Shown here: in pieces, positions 37,416-47,235 of the stretch
Position numbering within the stretch: the stretch's first letter is position 1
Layout: each line of letters starts with the position of its first letter
From: Bacilli bacterium
Lineage (GTDB): Bacteria; Bacillota_I; Bacilli_A; RF39; UBA660
Length of the DNA: 64,000 bases
NCBI GenBank assembly: GCA_017411405.1
Contig: JAFQQE010000015.1
Span: 25,204 to 89,203 of the forward strand
Direction: 5' to 3'
Translations under genes and position numbers: made by a program
The notes under the pieces: model-generated
Told to the model about the DNA's origin: nothing
Database searches by the model: none
Seen by the model: only the letters and a program-made list of their open reading frames with translations

Positions 37416-38762
37416 TTAACTTTCTTCTGTTTTCTTTAAATAATTTCTAAAATTACTCATACTTCTTTCAAACAACAATTCAATTGTACCTGTACTACCA
37501 TTACGATGTTTTCCAATAATCAACTCTGTAACACTGACGTTAGTTTGTTCAGCAGCAGTCTTATTATAATAATCATCTCTATATAAGAATCCAACTATAT
37601 CTGCATCTTGTTCTATAGAACCTGATTCCCTTAAATCACTCATAATAGGTCTCTTATTCTCACGTAATTCTACACTACGAGATAACTGAGCCAAAGCAAT
37701 TACAGGTACACGTAGTTCCATCGCCATAGTCTTAAGCGATCTTGAAATTTCAGATACTTCTTGTTGTCGATTACCAGCATATTTGGCTCCACCTTCAATT
37801 AATTGTAAGTAATCTATTACAACTAATCCTAAACCAGGCCCTTGTGTTGCTAACCTACGACACTTTGCTCTGATTTCAGATACACTAACTCCCGATGCAT
37901 CTTCTATAAATAAATTAATATTTGATAATTCACTAATTGCTTCGTTTACCTTTTTCCAATCATTATGCTCTAATTTTCCAGTTTTTAATTTATTTTGTTC
38001 TATCCCACCTGCAGCCGCAATCATACGCATTGCTAATTGTTCTGCACTCATTTCAAGATTAAATAAAGCAACATTCTTTTTAGAATTAATTGCAGCATTA
38101 ACTGCAATATTAACACCAAAAGCAGTTTTTCCCATTGCCGGACGAGCAGCTAAAATAATAAGTTCATTTTCATGTAAACCGCTAGTTAATTTATCAAAAT
38201 CATAAAATCCAGTAGCAATACCAGTTATTTCTTTATCATTTTTAGCTAAATCTTCCAATCTTTGTTGAGTATTTTTTAATACATCTGTTATCTTTTTAAA
38301 TTCTCCTGCTTTACGAGCCTTAGTAACACTGAATATATTCTTTTCAGCATTATCTATTACCTCATTAGTTTCACTTTCTTCATCAAAAGCACTAGTTGTA
38401 ATAGATGTGCTTACTTCAATTAATTTTCTTCTTAAAGCTTTATCTCTTACTATATCAATATAATAATCTATATTAGCAGCAGTAATTACAGAATCTATTA
38501 CTTCACTTAAATATTCAACTCCACCAATACTATTTATATTATCTTTTTTTTCAATTTGATTTATTAATGTAGTTGAATCTAAAGGAATTTTATTTTGATG
38601 TAATTCATATATAGCCTCAAATATTTTTTTATTAGCTTCGCTAAAAAATATATCACTGCTAACTTCTTCACATACTTTATCCAAAGCATAACTACTTAAA
38701 AAACAAGCACCTAATATAGACATTTCTGCTTCTAAATTTTGTGGCATTTTTCTTTCAGCCAT
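37416..38762 (-). CDS. dnaB: replicative DNA helicase DnaB
   Basis: PQNLEAEMSILG N-terminal motif, Walker A ARPAMGKTAF, and RecA-like C-terminal domain. AGGAAGTG RBS precedes the ATG at 38762. Confidence 0.96.
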   Translation of the reverse strand: MAERKMPQNLEAEMSILGACFLSSYALDKVCEEVSSDIFFSEANKKIFEAIYELHQNKIPLDSTTLINQIEKKDNINSIGGVEYLSEVIDSVITAANIDYYIDIVRDKALRRKLIEVSTSITTSAFDEESETNEVIDNAEKNIFSVTKARKAGEFKKITDVLKNTQQRLEDLAKNDKEITGIATGFYDFDKLTSGLHENELIILAARPAMGKTAFGVNIAVNAAINSKKNVALFNLEMSAEQLAMRMIAAAGGIEQNKLKTGKLEHNDWKKVNEAISELSNINLFIEDASGVSVSEIRAKCRRLATQGPGLGLVVIDYLQLIEGGAKYAGNRQQEVSEISRSLKTMAMELRVPVIALAQLSRSVELRENKRPIMSDLRESGSIEQDADIVGFLYRDDYYNKTAAEQTNVSVTELIIGKHRNGSTGTIELLFERSMSNFRNYLKKTEES

Positions 38763-38773
38763 AATAACACTTC

Positions 38774-39211
38774 CTAACAAACAACAACTGTTAACATAAT
38801 ACTAACCCTCTTATGAACATTCGCTACAACTTTATGAACTCCTAATGTATCGATAACATGATCCATAACAATTGTTTTTTTATCAATATTATAACCCATC
38901 TTCTTTAATTCTTCACTAATTTGTTTACTACTTATAGTACCAAATATTTTTCCAGATTCTCCGGACTTAACTGTAAAACATATTTTTTTACTTTCTATTT
39001 CTTTCTTCATTTTTTCTAATTCAGCGACTAATTTATCTTCTTCCTTTTGTCTTGTAGATAATTCATAATTTAATTTATTTTTACTACCTTCAGTATATCT
39101 TATAGCTAATTTATTTTTTATTAAATAGTTATTTGCATAACCATCACTAACTTCTATAACTTCATCTTTTTTACCTTGCTTTTTAACATCTTTAAGTAAT
39201 ATAACTTTCAT
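38774..39211 (-). CDS. rplI: 50S ribosomal protein L9
   Basis: Starts [30 protein letters not shown]. Confidence 0.93.
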   Translation of the reverse strand: MKVILLKDVKKQGKKDEVIEVSDGYANNYLIKNKLAIRYTEGSKNKLNYELSTRQKEEDKLVAELEKMKKEIESKKICFTVKSGESGKIFGTISSKQISEELKKMGYNIDKKTIVMDHVIDTLGVHKVVANVHKRVSIMLTVVVC

Positions 39212-39273
39212 ATATACCTCCCAAATTCAAAATTATTATATCATAAATATTATCTTTTTACTAATCATATTAA

Positions 39274-39301
39274 CAAAAAAATATAGTAATGAATACTATA
39301 T
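39274..39301 (-). terminator. rho-independent terminator after rpsR
   Basis: Minus strand reads ATATAGTA-ttcat-TACTATAT followed by TTTTTTG. Confidence 0.65.
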
Positions 39302-39516
39302 TATTTAACAAATGGTATTAAAGCCATAAATCTTGCTCTTTTTATTTGCATTGCTATATGTCTTTGATGTTTTGCACAAGCACCAGTCATACGTCTTGGC
39401 ATAATTTTACCTTTTTCATTTATATATTTGGTAATAATATTAACATCTTTATAATCTACGCTTTTTCCAGCACACATTTGACATATTTTCTTTTTTTTAC
39501 GAAAAAATTCAGCCAT
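39301..39516 (-). CDS. rpsR: 30S ribosomal protein S18
   Basis: 71 aa with a conserved S18 core ([30 protein letters not shown]). Confidence 0.95.
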   Translation of the reverse strand: MAEFFRKKKKICQMCAGKSVDYKDVNIITKYINEKGKIMPRRMTGACAKHQRHIAMQIKRARFMALIPFVK

Positions 39517-39527
39517 TTTTATCCTCC

Positions 39528-40016
39528 TTAAAATGGTAAATCATCATCGCTTAATACTACTTCACTACCAAAATCCTTAAATGGATCATCTATTAAATCA
39601 GTAGTAGGAGTAGGATTGCTATTTTGATTTACTGTATTATAATCAGGCATAGCATCCATAAATGCTTCGTTAGAAGCATATTGAGTACTATTACCACTTC
39701 TATTGCTACCTCCTAAAAAAGTAACATTATCTGCAACAACTTCTGTTACATATCTTTTAGTTCCATCATTAGCATCATAACTTCTAGTATGTATTCTACC
39801 AACTACACCAACTTGACTTCCCTTAGCACAATATTTACTAACATTCTCAGCTTGTCTTCTCCAAACTTGTACATTAATAAAATCAGTAGTTCTTTCACCA
39901 TTTTGATTAGGTAAACCATTTACTGCTAAACTAATTTGACAAGTTGCAATACCATTTGGAGTAGTTCTTAATTCTGGATCTCTAGTTAATCTACCAACTA
40001 ATACAACATTATTCAT
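39528..40016 (-). CDS. ssb: single-stranded DNA-binding protein
   Basis: OB fold ([17 protein letters not shown]), Gly/Asn-rich linker, and acidic DDDLPF tail. Confidence 0.96.
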   Translation of the reverse strand: MNNVVLVGRLTRDPELRTTPNGIATCQISLAVNGLPNQNGERTTDFINVQVWRRQAENVSKYCAKGSQVGVVGRIHTRSYDANDGTKRYVTEVVADNVTFLGGSNRSGNSTQYASNEAFMDAMPDYNTVNQNSNPTPTTDLIDDPFKDFGSEVVLSDDDLPF

Positions 40017-40019
40017 ATT

Positions 40020-40307
40020 TTACTCCTCATCTAATCTAATAATTAAATGTCTAATAACGTTTTCACTAATTCTAGCTTTACGATCAAATTCAGCTACAAC
40101 TTCACTATTAGCATTACAATTAATTACATAATAATATCCATTTAATTCTTTATTGATTGGATAAGCTAATTTTTTATTTCCCATTTCTTTTTCATCAGTA
40201 ATTTCACCTTTTCCTTCAGTGATAATTGATTTTAATTCAGAAACTTGAGTTTTAATAGCTTCTTCATCATTAGATTTCAAAATGAACATAATTTCATATT
40301 TGTTCAT
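40020..40307 (-). CDS. rpsF: 30S ribosomal protein S6
   Basis: 95 aa starting MNKYEIMFILKSN, in the rpsF-ssb-rpsR arrangement. Confidence 0.95.
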   Translation of the reverse strand: MNKYEIMFILKSNDEEAIKTQVSELKSIITEGKGEITDEKEMGNKKLAYPINKELNGYYYVINCNANSEVVAEFDRKARISENVIRHLIIRLDEE

Positions 40308-40380
40308 AATACACCTCCTTCTGGTCTATTCGGCTTAAAATAAATTTAAGCAAGGAGCTTTTCGCTCGAATGTATTATAG
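40308..40380 (-). promoter_or_regulatory. rpsF promoter and structured 5' leader (possible S6:S18 autoregulatory element)
   Basis: Minus strand carries TATAAT at 40380..40375 with TTGCAT 16 nt upstream. The leader has GAGC-gaaaa-GCTC and GCTTAAA-tttat-TTTAAGC hairpins followed by CCGAAUAG and the GGAGG RBS. Confidence 0.3.
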
Positions 40381-40429
40381 CATACTAATAATTTATATGC
40401 AAACAAAAAATGTCTATGAAAGACACCTT

Positions 40430-41620
40430 TTATAACGAAAAATTTCCATTTTCAAATATTTTTACTTTTTCACCATGAAAAGTAGTTCCTATAATTTCTA
40501 AATCTTCTGTTCCAATCATAAAATCAACATGCTCACTAGAAACATTTAATCCATTTTCTAATAATTCTTCTTCACTTAAATCAAAACCATTTTTTATACA
40601 TTCACAATAACTACTACCTAATGCCAAATGACAAGATGCATTTTCATCTATTAAAGTAGTACCAAATACAATATCAGTATTAGAAATTGGTGAATCATAC
40701 GGAACTAAAGCACATTCTCCTAAATAACTGGAATTACCATCCGACTCCAAAATCCCTTTTAATAAATCTTTTCCTACTTTAGCATCAAAATTTACTACTT
40801 TACCATCTTTAAATTCTAACCAAAAATCATTGATTTTTCCTCCGCCATATATAAGTGGCTTAGAAGAATAAACAATTCCATTTGTTTGTTTATAATTTGG
40901 ACAAGTAAATACTTCATAGCTAGGCATATTTACTAAACCATTACTAGCAGCATAAGACCAAATAGTATCACTTAATAATTCCACAACTAAATCTGTTCCA
41001 ATACTATTTTTATAATGCAACTCTTTTAATTTTAAATTATTCAATTTATCAATAATTTTTTTATTTTCTTTTAAATAATTATCCCAACTAACTATAGGAT
41101 TATCTGTATCTACCATACATATCTTATAAATCATATCACTTAATAATTCATAAGCATTATCTTCTTTAAATATATCTTTTGCCCATACTCTATTAGGATA
41201 TGAACAAATACACCATGGAACTTCATAATTTAATTGTTTTTTCTTAAATTCCTTCATAGTACTTTGTCTAACAGACGATACTTTAGCTATGTTTTCAGCT
41301 GGAATATCATCCATAACACCAGGTACCGGAGATTTAATAATTAAAAAACTAGCATTTTTAGAAGCATATAAATCCCAAATACTTGTATCAAAATATTTCT
41401 CTTTTTCTATGTCTTCTATACTTAATTTATTTAATAATTCACTTTCATAATACACATCAGTCTTATCTAAATATATATCATTTATTCCCATATCATTCGC
41501 ATATTTTACTACTTTACGAACAAAATCCTCAACAATTACATCATAACTAATAAATAAAGATTTACTCTTATCAAAATTAATACATTTCTCTAATAATAAT
41601 TCAATATATTTTTGTTCCAT
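40430..41620 (-). CDS. M29 family aminopeptidase (AmpS/PepS-like)
   Basis: 396 aa. C-terminal CHLALGSSY...SSEHVDFMIGT matches the M29 conserved metal-binding region. Confidence 0.85.
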   Translation of the reverse strand: MEQKYIELLLEKCINFDKSKSLFISYDVIVEDFVRKVVKYANDMGINDIYLDKTDVYYESELLNKLSIEDIEKEKYFDTSIWDLYASKNASFLIIKSPVPGVMDDIPAENIAKVSSVRQSTMKEFKKKQLNYEVPWCICSYPNRVWAKDIFKEDNAYELLSDMIYKICMVDTDNPIVSWDNYLKENKKIIDKLNNLKLKELHYKNSIGTDLVVELLSDTIWSYAASNGLVNMPSYEVFTCPNYKQTNGIVYSSKPLIYGGGKINDFWLEFKDGKVVNFDAKVGKDLLKGILESDGNSSYLGECALVPYDSPISNTDIVFGTTLIDENASCHLALGSSYCECIKNGFDLSEEELLENGLNVSSEHVDFMIGTEDLEIIGTTFHGEKVKIFENGNFSL

Positions 41621-41632
41621 ATTATCCTTTCT

Positions 41633-42187
41633 CTATTCTACATTAACTTGACACATCTCAACTTCTACTGGAGTTTCTTGACCAAATAAGTCAATTAAAA
41701 CAGTTAAAGTACTCTTTTCAACATCAATAGAATCGATAACACCAAACATACCTTTGAATGGTCCATCTGTAATACTAACCTTATTACCAACAGCTAATTC
41801 TTTATCTACATCTAATCTAGTCATTCCCATCATACCTAATATTTTATCAATTTCTTGAGGTAATAATGGCGTAGGTTTTGCACCCTTACCACTAGATCCT
41901 ATAAATCCTGTAACACCTGGAGTATTTCTAACTATATACCAAGCTTCATCAGTCATTATCATTTCTACTAAAATATATCCTGGAAATATCTTCTTTTTTC
42001 TTTCTTTAGTAGAACCATCTTTTAAAGTTTCAGTTACTGTTTCTTCAGGAACAACAACTCTAAAAATATAGTCTTGAAATCCCATAGTTTGAGCACGACT
42101 TAAAAGTTTTTCTTGTACTTTACTTTCATGACCACTATAAGTATTTACAACATACCATAGTTTTTCTACACTATCTAAATTTTCCAT
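41633..42187 (-). CDS. nusG: transcription termination/antitermination factor NusG
   Basis: KWYVVNTYSGHE NGN domain and a C-terminal KOW domain. Confidence 0.96.
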   Translation of the reverse strand: MENLDSVEKLWYVVNTYSGHESKVQEKLLSRAQTMGFQDYIFRVVVPEETVTETLKDGSTKERKKKIFPGYILVEMIMTDEAWYIVRNTPGVTGFIGSSGKGAKPTPLLPQEIDKILGMMGMTRLDVDKELAVGNKVSITDGPFKGMFGVIDSIDVEKSTLTVLIDLFGQETPVEVEMCQVNVE

Positions 42188-42393
42188 TAACCAATCAACC
42201 CCTTAATAAACGCAAATATAGTTTCTAGACCAAAGAAATATAATGCAAATAAAACAATAAAACATAAAGTTGTAACTGTATATTTGATCATTTCCTTTTT
42301 AGAAAGCCATTTCACCTTTTTCAATTCGCTATTAACTTCATCCCAAAAACCAACATTTTTCTTTTCAATTTTTTTTCCTTTAACCATTTCCAC
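42187..42393 (-). CDS. secE: preprotein translocase subunit SecE
   Basis: 68 aa with a single C-terminal TM helix, immediately upstream of nusG. Confidence 0.88.
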   Translation of the reverse strand: MEMVKGKKIEKKNVGFWDEVNSELKKVKWLSKKEMIKYTVTTLCFIVLFALYFFGLETIFAFIKGLIG

Positions 42394-42471
42394 ACCTCTA
42401 AATTATTGTATTAAAAAAACACTCCCGTGTACACACATAATATATCACAAAAAAAATAGAGATGCAATACT

Positions 42472-43062
42472 CTATTTTAATTTTTTTAACTTAATTCTAA
42501 TTCTTTGTATAGTGTTATCAATTTGCTTAGTAGTTTTATTTAAAACATTAGCAATTTCAACATAATCCATACCTTCTAACATTAATTTAAATACTTCTAA
42601 TTCATTAGAAGATAATACTTTATTTAATTCACTATTTATATATTTTAAAGTATCAGCCTCTTCAATCATTTTGCTAGGTTCATAAGTGTTATCTGCAATA
42701 GTTTCTTCCAAAGACATAAAACTTAGACTATCATCATAAAGTGAAATTGATTCACTTAATATTTTATTCTTACTAGTTTCATATTTTTTTATTACACCCC
42801 TAATCTTCCTTTCAACACACATAGTAATAAAAGTACTTAAAGATGTATCTTTTTTTTCATCATAACTATATAAAGCATTAGAAAAAGCTAAATTTGCTTC
42901 CTGTCTAACTTCTTCAAAATCTATATTTAAAGCATAAAAAACTCTCTTATATTTAGCAAATAAAACATCTATAATATATTTATACTTCTCATATAATAAA
43001 TCTCTAGCTTCTTCATTATTATCATGTAAATAATAAGTTAATTCATTATCAGGATATTCCAT
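42472..43062 (-). CDS. sigH: sigma-70 family sigma factor, SigH-like
   Basis: 196 aa. Regions 2 and 4; FITMCVERKIRGVIKKYETSKNKILSESISL parallels the SigH FAELCITRQIITAIKTATRQKHIPLNSYVSL. Sits in the mrnC-rlmB-sigH-secE-nusG synteny seen in Bacillus. Confidence 0.65.
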   Translation of the reverse strand: MEYPDNELTYYLHDNNEEARDLLYEKYKYIIDVLFAKYKRVFYALNIDFEEVRQEANLAFSNALYSYDEKKDTSLSTFITMCVERKIRGVIKKYETSKNKILSESISLYDDSLSFMSLEETIADNTYEPSKMIEEADTLKYINSELNKVLSSNELEVFKLMLEGMDYVEIANVLNKTTKQIDNTIQRIRIKLKKLK

Positions 43063-43740
43063 TTAATTACCCATCTCATAAATAAGAATACCAGCAGCAA
43101 CACTTGCATTTAAACTGTTAATATGACCTTTCATAGGTAAACTAACTATTTCATCACAATTATTTCTAACAACACTACTTAAACCTTTACCTTCACTGCC
43201 AACAACTAAGCATTTTTTATCACTATAATTAACATTTTTATAATGTATACCATCTGCTTCAGCACCATATATAAAGAAACCTTTATCTTTTAAATAATTT
43301 ATAGCATTAACTAAATTAGTAACACGAATTATATTAACATGATTTAAAGTCCCAGCACTCGTTTTCATAACTGTTTCAGTAACCATAACACTTCTATCTT
43401 TTGGAATAATAATATTTTTAACACCAATACTTTCAGCAGTACGTATAATTGCACCAAAATTATGAGGATCTTCTAAATGATCTAACATAATAACAAAATC
43501 ATCATCGATAACATCCAAATCAAAGTAACTATAATCATCTATTTCAACAATTATACCTTGATTATTTCTAACCATCTTGTCCATAACATTACTATCACTT
43601 AAAACATATTTTATTTTATTATCTTTAATATAATTTAATATATCTTTATCTTTAAAACTTTTACTTAAATATACTTTTCTTATTTTAGATATATCTAATT
43701 CATTAAATACATTTTTTCCACTTACTCTCATTTTATTCAC
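43063..43740 (-). CDS. rlmB: 23S rRNA (guanosine-2'-O)-methyltransferase RlmB (TrmH family)
   Basis: SPOUT motifs LDHLEDPHNFGAIIRTAE and SLNASVAAGILIYE. Confidence 0.88.
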   Translation of the reverse strand: MNKMRVSGKNVFNELDISKIRKVYLSKSFKDKDILNYIKDNKIKYVLSDSNVMDKMVRNNQGIIVEIDDYSYFDLDVIDDDFVIMLDHLEDPHNFGAIIRTAESIGVKNIIIPKDRSVMVTETVMKTSAGTLNHVNIIRVTNLVNAINYLKDKGFFIYGAEADGIHYKNVNYSDKKCLVVGSEGKGLSSVVRNNCDEIVSLPMKGHINSLNASVAAGILIYEMGN

Positions 43741-44089
43741 CTACTATAAATCCCATAATTTCTTCTATTCTTTTTATATTATTATCTATCTTTAAACTCC
43801 CAATTAAACACTCTAACCCAGTACTTCTCTTATAAGTAATAATATCAGTAGTTTTACTTTTATGACTAGACATATTCCTACCTCGTTTAACCATTTCAAT
43901 TTCACTATCCGTTAAAAAATTAGCATCTATTAGTCTTTCTAAATGCATACTTTGACTTTTAGCAGTAACATACTTCATACTCTCATTTTGTAATTCATTT
44001 ACTTTCGCTATTCCTTTACGAATTAAATATTCTCTTATATAAAGTTCATAAACTGCATCCCCTAAATAAGCAAGTACTAAGTTATTCAT
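43733..44089 (-). CDS. mrnC: Mini-ribonuclease 3
   Basis: 118 aa with the LAYLGDAVYELYIREYL RNase III-like signature. Confidence 0.88.
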   Translation of the reverse strand: MNNLVLAYLGDAVYELYIREYLIRKGIAKVNELQNESMKYVTAKSQSMHLERLIDANFLTDSEIEMVKRGRNMSSHKSKTTDIITYKRSTGLECLIGSLKIDNNIKRIEEIMGFIVGE

Positions 44090-44150
44090 AAAACCACCGC
44101 CTAAATAATAACATAATTAATTAAAATAAACAAGTAAAGAAAAACCAAGT

Positions 44151-45290
44151 TTATTTACTTGGTCTTAAAACTTTAATAGCATTATCTATTATATTAGAAT
44201 ATTGTTTGTTTTGTTCAATTAATTCTTGATTTGATACAACTAATTCTTCATTCTTATTTTTAGTTTCTTCTAATTCTTGTTTTACTTTCAACAACTCATC
44301 TTTAAAACTATTTCTTTCTTCTACAACAGAAGAATAAGATTCACTAATTTCGGAATTATTAATATTAGTAACACATAAATAGTCATTAAAAGCACTCGCT
44401 AAATTATATAAGTTAGTCCCATCATACTTGTCTATATTAATTAATTTACCACTAGATATTTCATCTATTAATTGTTGAATTAGTATATTACTATCACTAT
44501 TTCTACCTAAATGTTTAATAGATTCAGATAAAGCATATTTAAAATCTTCTAGAATATCTATTTCACAACCATATTTTTTCTTATATTCTTTTAATTTGCC
44601 CAATTTAGTTATTTTTAAATCTAAAGGCAAATAGAAGAATCTTCTTTGATTGTCATTAAATTGAATACTACTCATACCATTTAAAAGTGTAATTTCTTGT
44701 TTAGAAATAATCCCTTTTAACCATTGATTTAACTCTTCTTCATTATTAAAATATAAAGAACTCATTGGAACAAAATAATAATTATTTGAATTCTTAACGA
44801 ATGTTAAAACAGTATAAATATTATCTTCTATATTCTTTTTTATTACTATATAATCACATTTTTCATTTTTAATAGATACATCATAAGATCTTTTTGAATC
44901 ATATTTACACACAAATTCAGTAGTATAAATATTAGTTTTTATATTATCTTTAAAAATCTTAACTTTATCTAATATATGTTCAGAAAAAATTTGATTATAT
45001 GAAATATGTCCCTCATTATATAAATTATTAATTCTATATGCATTATTAACAACCTCTTTTAATAATTCATATGAAGACGTATTTTTAAACAAACCAGTAG
45101 CTATTAAAGCAGTAGTATTAATCCCTAATAAATGAGCTACACTTTCTTTTGGTACTTTATAATTAAATTTTTCACCATTAGATAAAAATAACGTAATTTC
45201 TCTATTTTGTAATTGAGAATACTCAAAAAAATCAATAATATCCTGTATATCAGCAAACAGTGATTCTAATTCACTTAAATTAAACTTCAT
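44151..45290 (-). CDS. hypothetical protein with C-terminal coiled coil
   Basis: 379-aa ORF. No catalytic motif recognised. The last ~60 aa (KDELLKVKQELEETKNKNEELVVSNQELIEQNKQ) are coiled-coil-like. Confidence 0.6.
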   Translation of the reverse strand: MKFNLSELESLFADIQDIIDFFEYSQLQNREITLFLSNGEKFNYKVPKESVAHLLGINTTALIATGLFKNTSSYELLKEVVNNAYRINNLYNEGHISYNQIFSEHILDKVKIFKDNIKTNIYTTEFVCKYDSKRSYDVSIKNEKCDYIVIKKNIEDNIYTVLTFVKNSNNYYFVPMSSLYFNNEEELNQWLKGIISKQEITLLNGMSSIQFNDNQRRFFYLPLDLKITKLGKLKEYKKKYGCEIDILEDFKYALSESIKHLGRNSDSNILIQQLIDEISSGKLINIDKYDGTNLYNLASAFNDYLCVTNINNSEISESYSSVVEERNSFKDELLKVKQELEETKNKNEELVVSNQELIEQNKQYSNIIDNAIKVLRPSK

Positions 45291-45349
45291 AATTAACCCC
45301 CATAATTAACTAAATTATAGCATAGATTAAGGTTAAAGTCAAATTTACA

Positions 45350-46435
45350 TCATACATTTGTTTTTATGCTTGTTTCTATAATTTTTTTGTTTTCTAACAA
45401 TCTCATATCTTCTTTATTATACTCTAAAGCTTTATTAATATGATATAAAGCCAAATCATAAATACCTAAATTAAAATAATTAACGCTTAATAAATCATCT
45501 ATAGTATTATCCCAACAAAATATTTCATTTACATAAACCATATCTTTTGTTTTAATACTTAATGCTTTTAATAAACAATTTATACTATCTAACCATTTCT
45601 TTTGATTATAATATAAATAAGCTAATTCTACGTATCCCTCTCTAACATTACTTGCTTCTTTTATAGCACTTTTATACCAAAATTCTGCCTCTATCTCATT
45701 ATGTAAATTAAAATAACTTCTTGCTATATAACGCATACTAGCTGCTCTTTCTAAGTTCCATGTAGCATTTTCTAAAGTCAAATGCCTTTTTAAAACATTT
45801 ATACAATCTTCCCATCTATTATAATACATATACTCTCTACCTAAATAATGCATATTTCTATCATCGTTAGGATCTTCTTCAACACTTAACTCCAACAATT
45901 CTAAGTAACTCCCCCTACTTTTACTACTATCTGGATGATGATTTAACACAATATCTTTTATAACTACATTTTTTTCTTCATATAAAGGAGTCAAAACTTC
46001 ATGAACAGGATGAGTCCAAACATACCCTTCTCGAGGATGGATTTTATTTAACATAAAACTTACATCAGCCACACCATTTTCATTAATATGCCAATTATAT
46101 GTATAACTAACTCTACTTCCACTAATATAAGCATTCTCTAACTTTTCTCTCCATCCAGATTCAAAAACTTCATCTAAATCTGTACATACACAAATATCAG
46201 TATCTTTAGGCACTAATTCTAATGATTTATTTCTAGCAACATCAAATCTCCAAGGTTTAATAACTTCAACACTAACATTAACACCAGCCTTTTTCAAATA
46301 TTTTACTGTATTATCAGTACTTCCAGTATCTAAAACATATACTTCATCTGCTTCCTTCATACTATTTACCCAACACTTTACAAACTTCTCTTCATTTTTA
46401 CAAATTGCATAAACACAAACTTTATATTTCCCCAT
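45350..46435 (-). CDS. family-2 glycosyltransferase with C-terminal TPR repeats
   Basis: 361 aa. N-terminal CVYAICKNEEKFV...VLDTGSTDNT...CTDLDE GT-A features. The C-terminal half has TPR-like repeats (HYLGREYMYYNRWEDCINVLKRHL, ARSYFNLHNEIEAEFWYKSAI, and others). Confidence 0.8.
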   Translation of the reverse strand: MGKYKVCVYAICKNEEKFVKCWVNSMKEADEVYVLDTGSTDNTVKYLKKAGVNVSVEVIKPWRFDVARNKSLELVPKDTDICVCTDLDEVFESGWREKLENAYISGSRVSYTYNWHINENGVADVSFMLNKIHPREGYVWTHPVHEVLTPLYEEKNVVIKDIVLNHHPDSSKSRGSYLELLELSVEEDPNDDRNMHYLGREYMYYNRWEDCINVLKRHLTLENATWNLERAASMRYIARSYFNLHNEIEAEFWYKSAIKEASNVREGYVELAYLYYNQKKWLDSINCLLKALSIKTKDMVYVNEIFCWDNTIDDLLSVNYFNLGIYDLALYHINKALEYNKEDMRLLENKKIIETSIKTNV

Positions 46436-46500
46436 AATTCCTCCTTATATATTTATATGTTTTTTTTTAAAATATATTAAAAAAGAGCTTAGCTCTTTTA

Positions 46501-47166
46501 CTATGCTCCAGCAGGTCCTGTCGGTCCTTGTGGTATTGTTAAGTTAAGTACAAAATTTGGTGAAGTTCCTGTTATTGAAGCAGTAGCCTCTGTACCAGGA
46601 TCTCCAGTAGTTATAGTACCTATTGTTAAAGTTGGAGTTTCAGCATCAGCGCCTGTTGGGCCTGTTGGGCCTGTTGCTCCTATTTCACCAGCTATTCCTT
46701 GTGGTCCTGTCGGTCCTGTTGGACCTGTTGCTCCTATTTCACCAGCTATTCCTTGTGGTCCTGTCGGTCCTGTTGGGCCTGTTGCTCCTATTTCACCAGC
46801 TATTCCTTGAGGTCCTATCGGTCCTGTTGGGCCTGTTGCTCCTATTTCACCAGCTATTCCTTGTGGTCCTGTCGGTCCTGTTGGGCCTGTTGATCCCGTT
46901 GCTCCTGTAACACCTTGTATACCTTGTGGACCTGTTGCTCCTGTTAATCCAATTTCACCTTGTATACCTTGTAATCCTTGAATTCCTTGCGGACCAGTTG
47001 GTCCTTGTATACCTTGCTGACCTTGTATACCTTGCACTCCTTGAGGCCCTGTTGGACCTAAAAATCCTCTAGGTCCTGTTGGGCCAGTTGGACCTGTTGG
47101 TCCTACAGTACCGGGATTTCCATTACAATAAGGTGAACATCTAAAATAATTCATTCCGTCATTCAT
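46501..47166 (-). CDS. collagen-like triple-helix repeat protein with globular C-terminal domain
   Basis: Long GXY run ([28 protein letters not shown]...). GAAGGAGG RBS precedes the ATG at 47166; the ORF-track start at 47223 is unlikely. The C-terminal [36 protein letters not shown] is non-collagenous. Confidence 0.88.
   Translation of the reverse strand: MNDGMNYFRCSPYCNGNPGTVGPTGPTGPTGPRGFLGPTGPQGVQGIQGQQGIQGPTGPQGIQGLQGIQGEIGLTGATGPQGIQGVTGATGSTGPTGPTGPQGIAGEIGATGPTGPIGPQGIAGEIGATGPTGPTGPQGIAGEIGATGPTGPTGPQGIAGEIGATGPTGPTGADAETPTLTIGTITTGDPGTEATASITGTSPNFVLNLTIPQGPTGPAGA
46670..46885. repeat. 4 x 54-bp near-perfect tandem repeat inside the collagen-like gene
   Basis: The unit cctgttgctcctatttcaccagctattccttgtggtcctgtcggtcctgttggg repeats from 46670, 46724, 46778 and 46832 with 1-3 substitutions. 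Each unit encodes [18 protein letters not shown]. Confidence 0.92.
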
Positions 47167-47235
47167 TTTTTTGCCTCCTTCAATAATATAATATGTAATC
47201 ATATTAAAAAAAGAATAGGACAAAAAAATAAGAAA

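Noticed and set aside
42394-42471. Expected rpmG (L33) gene between sigH-like and secE, as in Bacillus
   Set aside because: The gap is only 78 nt, too short for even a ~50-aa ORF, so rpmG is not at this position.
46623-46910. 95-aa and 64-aa plus-strand ORFs (46623..46910 and 46699..46893) with Leu/Ser/Cys-rich repeats
   Set aside because: They are the antisense reading of the GXY collagen repeats. Their periodicity only mirrors the 54-bp tandem repeat.
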